DNA of 64,000 nucleotides. Origin: Alphaproteobacteria bacterium. GTDB taxonomy: Bacteria; Pseudomonadota; Alphaproteobacteria; SP197. Below are positions 58,721-64,000 of the stretch, piece by piece; positions within the stretch are counted from its first letter, which is position 1, and every line of letters begins with the position of its first letter. The stretch lies in the NCBI GenBank assembly GCA_965228895.1, contig OZ245842.1:480001-544000 (forward strand), in the 5' to 3' direction. The notes below the pieces were generated by a model. It worked only from the letters and a program-made list of their open reading frames with translations. It ran no database searches and was not told where the DNA came from. Both the position numbers and the translations under genes were made by a program.

Positions 58721-59035
58721 ACCCGAGTTGTTCCGGCGTGCTGTGACCACACCTCTGGAGCTTCGAAATTTTATCCCGCCCCTCAACAGCGGTCCGGATC
58801 AATCCGAACGTCAAGTTGCGTCATAAGAACCAATCAGTAGATTTTCGCGTCCCATCATATCTGCAACCGTATGACGGCTCGGCGCTAATGCGCCTAAGCA
58901 CCACGACGCAGTCTTGGCGATATCGGAATCACCGATGCATCGCGCTGGACCTGGCGGAGACCAGGCACGGGCGTTTTTCGTCCGGCTACGTCGGGGATTA
59001 CGGCAAGCAGGCCATCCAAGCGGAAGGGAACAGTC

Positions 59036-60313
59036 ATGCCACTTGGCAACACAACGCTGGCAAGCAAGACCTACCCTCACCGCGACGCCCTGTCCCATCG
59101 AGCGTCGGGCATGTCCCTAAAGGACAACGAGCCACAAGCAGACATGAACCGCATGCGCCAGTACAGACTTGGGCGCCTACAAGAACAAATCCGAGATATG
59201 GAGTATGCGGGGGCTCTGCTTTTTGACCCGGTCAATGTTCGCTATGCGACGGGCATCAGCAGCTATGCTGTCTACGGGCTGCACAATCCGCTTCGATGTG
59301 TCTTCGTGCCACCCGACGGGCGCTGCACACTGTTTGATCATGACAATCTGGAGTACTTCGGAGAGCAGCTTGGCATTTTTGATGACGTTAGAAACATGCC
59401 GACGCTTTCGTTCTTCTACTACGGAAACTTGCTTCAAGAAGCAGCCGACAAGTTCGCCCAAGACGTAGAGGTTCTGGTCAGCGACAGAGGGGCGGGAAAC
59501 AACAGGATTGCGATCGATCGTTTCGAGCCTTCGTTGGCGCGCGGGTTCTCACATACGAACCTTGAGATCTGCGATGCACAGGAGCCCGTCGAAAGAGCGC
59601 GTTCGGTAAAATCGGATGACGAAATCCACTGTATTCTGCACGCCATTTCCATCGCCGAAGAAGCACTCGGTGAAATCCGTCGTGCGTTGAAACCTGGCGT
59701 TACCGAAAATGAAATGGCGGCTCTTCTTCAATACGTTAATGTCAAGAACGGCGGTGAGTGGAGCGAGTACAAACTGATCTCTTCGGGCGGGCGCACCAAC
59801 CCATGGGGCCAGGAAGCAACGGATAGAAAAATTCGGTCGGGCGAACTCCTCATCGTGGATACGGGCATGGTCGGTCCTCTGGGGTACTTCGCCGATCTGA
59901 CCCGAACCTTCATCTGCGAACCATGTAGTCCCACGACAGAGCAGAAACGCCTCTACGCCATCGCCCTCGAGAACATTGAATACAACATGGCCGTCATCAA
60001 ACCGGGAATGACGTTCACCGAATTCTCCCATGCGTGTTGGGAGCTGCCGGAAGAGTTTACTGGAGACCGGTATCCAACGCCGCTGCACGCCGTGGGCATG
60101 CGGGGTGAATGGCCGATGTTGTGTTATCCGATCGACTTGCATGAGCGCGGTCATGAAGGGGTGATCGAAGCCGGCATGATCCTCTCGGTCGAGAGCTACA
60201 TCGGTGCGACCGATGGGACAGAGGGCGTAAAGCTTGAAGAGCAGGTTCTGGTGACAGATGGCGGAATTCAACGGCTCTCGACGTTCCCCTATGAAGCGTT
60301 GTTGATGGCTTGA
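59036..60313 (+). CDS. M24 (Xaa-Pro peptidase fold) protein, DddP-like
   Basis: LFDPVNVRYATG, SGGRTNPWGQE, DTGMVG..GY.ADLTRT, HAVG, ESYIG...EGVKLEEQVL. Confidence 0.8.
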   Translation: MPLGNTTLASKTYPHRDALSHRASGMSLKDNEPQADMNRMRQYRLGRLQEQIRDMEYAGALLFDPVNVRYATGISSYAVYGLHNPLRCVFVPPDGRCTLFDHDNLEYFGEQLGIFDDVRNMPTLSFFYYGNLLQEAADKFAQDVEVLVSDRGAGNNRIAIDRFEPSLARGFSHTNLEICDAQEPVERARSVKSDDEIHCILHAISIAEEALGEIRRALKPGVTENEMAALLQYVNVKNGGEWSEYKLISSGGRTNPWGQEATDRKIRSGELLIVDTGMVGPLGYFADLTRTFICEPCSPTTEQKRLYAIALENIEYNMAVIKPGMTFTEFSHACWELPEEFTGDRYPTPLHAVGMRGEWPMLCYPIDLHERGHEGVIEAGMILSVESYIGATDGTEGVKLEEQVLVTDGGIQRLSTFPYEALLMA

Positions 60314-60843
60314 TCACGACACAGGCGACGCACCTTGTCACAAGCTCGAACGCACGACATGGGCTACTGGGCCTGTCGTGCGGCGCTACGCAATGACGTG
60401 GGTCGTGTCGCGCCATCCGGCGAATGTGTCGCTCCTTCTGGCGCGGTGCTCGGGCTCAGGTCCCTTGATATGTGAATTGACTCCTAAGAAATATTATTTA
60501 TGATTGATCAATGCAGGTGTTTTTGACCCGAACGTCTTCAAGCTGGATCGCGTTTGGCGCTCTGCCGACAGAATCGTTGGAAAAACGGAAGTCGAAATCA
60601 TGCGCAATTTGATGATCGGACCGGTCTAGAGGCTTGCAGCTAAGGATCCGACGTCGTGATGCGGTTCATCGCATGCCCGGCAAGTATTGGATCGTCTTGT
60701 CTGGAGTCCGAAGACCAAAGCGGGATCGTTTCGAACCGGTCGACAGCACGGTCTGCGCATAACGCGTGCGGCCCTGAACAGTGACGTTGCCGATGCGACC
60801 GGTCATCGGCCAACCCATAAAACACCATAGAAGGAGACGCAAA

Positions 60844-62433
60844 ATGGTGAACAGGAGTACAAGTATCGAGGCAACACGTCGTAACGTTTTGGCAGGTGGC
60901 GCGGCGGCAACGGCGGCCACGTTGGCCGGATCGGCTATCCTAAAACCCGGCGAAGCACAGGCCGATGAGCCGAAGCGCGGCGGCAGTTTTCGGATAGGCA
61001 GTGGACATGGGTCGTCGACCGACTCGACCGATCCGACGACCTACGAGAACGGCTTCACCACGCTGATGGCGTTGGGCGGCATACACAACTACCTCACCGC
61101 GATCGGACCGGATGGCCAGATGGAGGCCGAACTGGCGGAGGAGTGGACACCGAACGCCGATGCATCACAGTGGACCTTCAAGATCCGTCAAGGTGTCGAA
61201 TATCACAACGGCGGCACGGTTACCGCAGCCGATGCCAAGGCTGTGCTGGACCACCATCGCGGTCCGGATTCAACGTCCGGTGCGGCGGGCATTCTAAAGC
61301 TGATCACCGAGACAAAAGCCGATGGCGACATGCTGATCGTTACCTTGGACGGCCCCAATGCCGACTTTCCGATCATGATGTCCGACTATCACGTTCCGAT
61401 CACACCCATGCGCGACGACGGCACACCCGACCCGTCAGGAAACGGTGCGGGCAGTTACATTCTGCAGGAATACAATCCCGGCCAGAATGTGCTCATGACG
61501 CGTAATCCAAACTATTGGCGCAGCGACGTCGCCTGGGTCGACGAGGCCGAGATCTTCACCATTGCCGATCCCACAGCACGGCAGAACGCGCTCGCCTCCG
61601 GCCAGGTTAACTTGATCGATCGTGTTGACCCGAAGATCGCCGCCTTGCTTGGCGAAAACCCGAATGTTGCGATCGAATCAGTGCCGTCTACACTGCATTA
61701 CACGCTGCCGATGCGCACGGACACGGCGCCGTTTGACGACAACAATGTTCGCTTGGCCCTGAAACACGCGCTTAACCGCGATGATGTCGTTGACAAGATC
61801 CAACGGGGTTACGGCATGGCCGGCAACGATTCGCCGATCACGCCGGCCAACCGGTTCTACAACAGCGATCTCGCGCCGCTGGAATACGACCCGGAGAGAT
61901 CGAAATACTACTTGAAGCAGGCTGGTCTCGATTCCCTGTCCGTTGACCTTTCGACATCCGACGCGGCCTTCGTTGGCGCCGTTGACATGGCGGTCCTCTA
62001 CAAGGAACACGCGGCACCCGCCGGGATCGATATCAATGTCGTGCGCGAGTCACCGGACGGCTATTGGTCGGATGTCTGGATGCAGAAGCCGTGGTGCACA
62101 TGCTACTGGGGCGGCCGGCCGACGGAAGATTGGATGTTCTCGACAACCTATGCCTCGGACGCGCCGTGGAACGATACGTTCTGGTCGCATGAGCGCTTTG
62201 ACGAATTGCTGGTGATGGGCCGCGCCGAGACCGATGGCGACATGCGACGCGAGATCTATTGGGAGATGCAACAGATTCTGCAAGACGAAGGTGGCGTTGT
62301 TGTCGCCATGTTCGCCAACCACGTGGATGCGCGCAGCACCAATGTGGCGCACGGACCTCAGACTGCCGGTAACTGGGCGCTGGACGGCAGCCGCTGTATC
62401 CAGCGTTGGTGGTTGGAAGACCCGACCGCTTAG
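60844..62433 (+). CDS. ABC substrate-binding protein, family 5, Tat signal (paralogue of 32935-34512)
   Basis: TRRNVL, ELAEEW, PFDDNNVRLALK, DGYWSDVW; GGAG RBS. Confidence 0.92.
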   Translation: MVNRSTSIEATRRNVLAGGAAATAATLAGSAILKPGEAQADEPKRGGSFRIGSGHGSSTDSTDPTTYENGFTTLMALGGIHNYLTAIGPDGQMEAELAEEWTPNADASQWTFKIRQGVEYHNGGTVTAADAKAVLDHHRGPDSTSGAAGILKLITETKADGDMLIVTLDGPNADFPIMMSDYHVPITPMRDDGTPDPSGNGAGSYILQEYNPGQNVLMTRNPNYWRSDVAWVDEAEIFTIADPTARQNALASGQVNLIDRVDPKIAALLGENPNVAIESVPSTLHYTLPMRTDTAPFDDNNVRLALKHALNRDDVVDKIQRGYGMAGNDSPITPANRFYNSDLAPLEYDPERSKYYLKQAGLDSLSVDLSTSDAAFVGAVDMAVLYKEHAAPAGIDINVVRESPDGYWSDVWMQKPWCTCYWGGRPTEDWMFSTTYASDAPWNDTFWSHERFDELLVMGRAETDGDMRREIYWEMQQILQDEGGVVVAMFANHVDARSTNVAHGPQTAGNWALDGSRCIQRWWLEDPTA

Positions 62434-62442
62434 GCGCGTGAC

Positions 62443-62582
62443 CTAGAGCAGATCCTGTTTTGATGGAATCGCTTGGCGATGACATCAAGGCAGGTGGATC
62501 TGCTCTACTCATCGACAAAGAGCGGATTCACATGGTTGGATGGGACCGTCAAGCGGTTCCGTCCAACCATGATCCGCTCTAG
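62443..62582. repeat. Palindromic intergenic element (RIME/MITE-like), copy 2, two hairpins, bounded by CTAG
   Basis: CTAGAGCAGATC...GATCCGCTCTAG; second half is the reverse complement of 43400-43465 with 5 mismatches. Confidence 0.85.
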
Positions 62583-62992
62583 CCTTGAAAGCACCGGCCG
62601 TCTTCCTCAATGCTGACCGGTTTGGCGGTTTTGAACAAGGCAAGCTGTTTGCCATCTGCAACGAACATGGGGCAATCAGATCCGTAAAGGCGCTGCGCCA
62701 CCTTGATGCCTGCCATGACGTTGATGTCCGCATGACCGATGACGATCCCGGCCGGTCCGCAGCCACGGCGGAGCATGTCAGCGATGTTCCCGGGCGTGCC
62801 GCCTGATCCTCGAACCATCGGTACAATGAGGCATGTACCGCCAATGGCCTTGCCCACTTGCGGATGGCTCTGATCGATAATCAGGCCGCTCTCGTAGTCG
62901 ATGCCGCCCCAAAAGCTGATCGAGGTTTCGAGGACGAGAGCCGGCGCGTTGATCGTTCCCGCTATGACCGGCTTAAGGTCGATGACAGTCAT
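62579..62992 (-). CDS. Aconitase X swivel (DUF126) small subunit
   Basis: ISFWGGID..SG.IID..HP..G, RGS. Confidence 0.88.
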   Translation of the reverse strand: MTVIDLKPVIAGTINAPALVLETSISFWGGIDYESGLIIDQSHPQVGKAIGGTCLIVPMVRGSGGTPGNIADMLRRGCGPAGIVIGHADINVMAGIKVAQRLYGSDCPMFVADGKQLALFKTAKPVSIEEDGRCFQG

Positions 62993-64000
62993 GCCCCGAT
63001 CGCCATGTCCGGGTCCGTCCAGACTTCACCGCGAACGGCTGACTCAACACACTCGCGTAGGCTTCCGATGGTTGCCTGAAGTTTGAGTTCGCCCGGCGCA
63101 TAGTAAGCGAATTTGCCGGAGTTGGTCATGACGCGGCCGTCGAGTCCGTGGACGTTCGGGCGCCAATAAAGGCAGGTGTCGGCGACGGGGGTCACACCGG
63201 CGGATTTCAATGTCTCGATCCAGCCCTTTTCCCTGGCGCGTTCCAGCACGTATCGGTTCATTTGAATGTAGAAAAAAAGCCCCGCCTTGATCGACCGTCC
63301 CTCTATGAGTTTGGCGAGCAGGCCGACCTCGGCAAGCGAGGCATGGGGCGTACCGACGACGACCGCGTCGATCGTTCCTTTGTCGAACTGGGTGAGTTCC
63401 GCTTTCGCTGATTTCAAGAGTGAGATGGAAATCGTATCCCGTTTCACCGGTTCTCTGCCGCCGGTGGCGGTGTCCAGTGTCGGTGCTTCCGGTGTTAGGC
63501 CGACCGCGTGATACATCGCTACGCCGCCGGCTGCGGCACCGGTTGCACTGATCGCGCGTAGATTTTCAGGTGTCGCTTTTTGGGGAATACCAAGCAGAAC
63601 GGGAATGTCCATACCGGCCTTGCGTCCCATGGCATGACCAATCAGCTGGTAGGAGAGGTCGTCGGAGGCGAATGCCTCCGGGAGCGCTTCGATGTCCAGG
63701 ACCAGCGTTGCCCGGCGACCCTCGTCCGTGTGCAATCCCATGTAGGGGACCCGTCCGGTCAGCGCGGCGGCCATGTCGAGATAGTCGCCGTATTTCAGCG
63801 TGCGTGCGCCGACCACACTGTTGAAATAGGAAACTGCGTTTGATTCCGATACCGCAATGTGCGCGCCAGAGGTCGGGCGGCCGGGCAACTGATAGGGTGC
63901 GCAGGTAAGAGCCAGGCGGCAACCAATTTGTTTGTGCAGGTCCGTCAGCGCAATCGAGCGCTCGGCGGCCCATTGCCCGTACGTATCGGACCGCAGCTTC
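62989..64000 (-). CDS. Aconitase X catalytic (DUF521) large subunit, truncated by the window edge
   Basis: Frame open to position 64000; TCAPY, SESNA...NSVVGART, AALTGRVP..GLH, TPEA, GTPH, DTC, TNSGK.A.Y. Confidence 0.9.
   Translation of the reverse strand, partial: KLRSDTYGQWAAERSIALTDLHKQIGCRLALTCAPYQLPGRPTSGAHIAVSESNAVSYFNSVVGARTLKYGDYLDMAAALTGRVPYMGLHTDEGRRATLVLDIEALPEAFASDDLSYQLIGHAMGRKAGMDIPVLLGIPQKATPENLRAISATGAAAGGVAMYHAVGLTPEAPTLDTATGGREPVKRDTISISLLKSAKAELTQFDKGTIDAVVVGTPHASLAEVGLLAKLIEGRSIKAGLFFYIQMNRYVLERAREKGWIETLKSAGVTPVADTCLYWRPNVHGLDGRVMTNSGKFAYYAPGELKLQATIGSLRECVESAVRGEVWTDPDMAIGA

Overview
GC-rich bacterial DNA, probably alphaproteobacterial (inferred from gene content and Tat-exported binding proteins). 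It looks like an accessory region built from stacked modules; no rRNA, tRNA or CRISPR array was found. (1) About 0.1-21.6 kb is a copper/heavy-metal island. It has two CorE-like Cys-rich ECF sigma factors, a Cu(I) P1B-ATPase operon, CueR, a Met-rich di-haem cytochrome divergent from a Met-loop adenylate cyclase, a merA-less merF mini-operon, a Met-rich Spy/CpxP protein, an orphan Rieske petA and a decayed nhaA. (2) About 22-46.8 kb is amine/betaine-type catabolism: a Rieske oxygenase with reductase, a PotABCD-like ABC transporter, a sulfatase, a 2OG-Fe(II) oxygenase, a SelA-like PLP enzyme, DUF4392, MttB, a dimethylglycine dehydrogenase-like enzyme, an aminotransferase and a DapA-like lyase. 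(3) About 47.3-55.6 kb is a hypB-hypA plus active/inactive ureohydrolase pair resembling the Ni-dependent metformin/dimethylguanidine hydrolase MfmAB, with its own ABC transporter, TetR and a tandem operator. (4) About 55.6-64 kb holds pseudogenes, an IS6 remnant, LysR, a DddP-like M24 protein, a family-5 binding protein and a two-subunit aconitase X. The modules are separated by three same-orientation copies of a non-coding element: two of about 190 bp and one shorter, with helically phased TTCCCTG boxes and a ...CCA end. Family assignments come from motif recognition and memory, not database searches.
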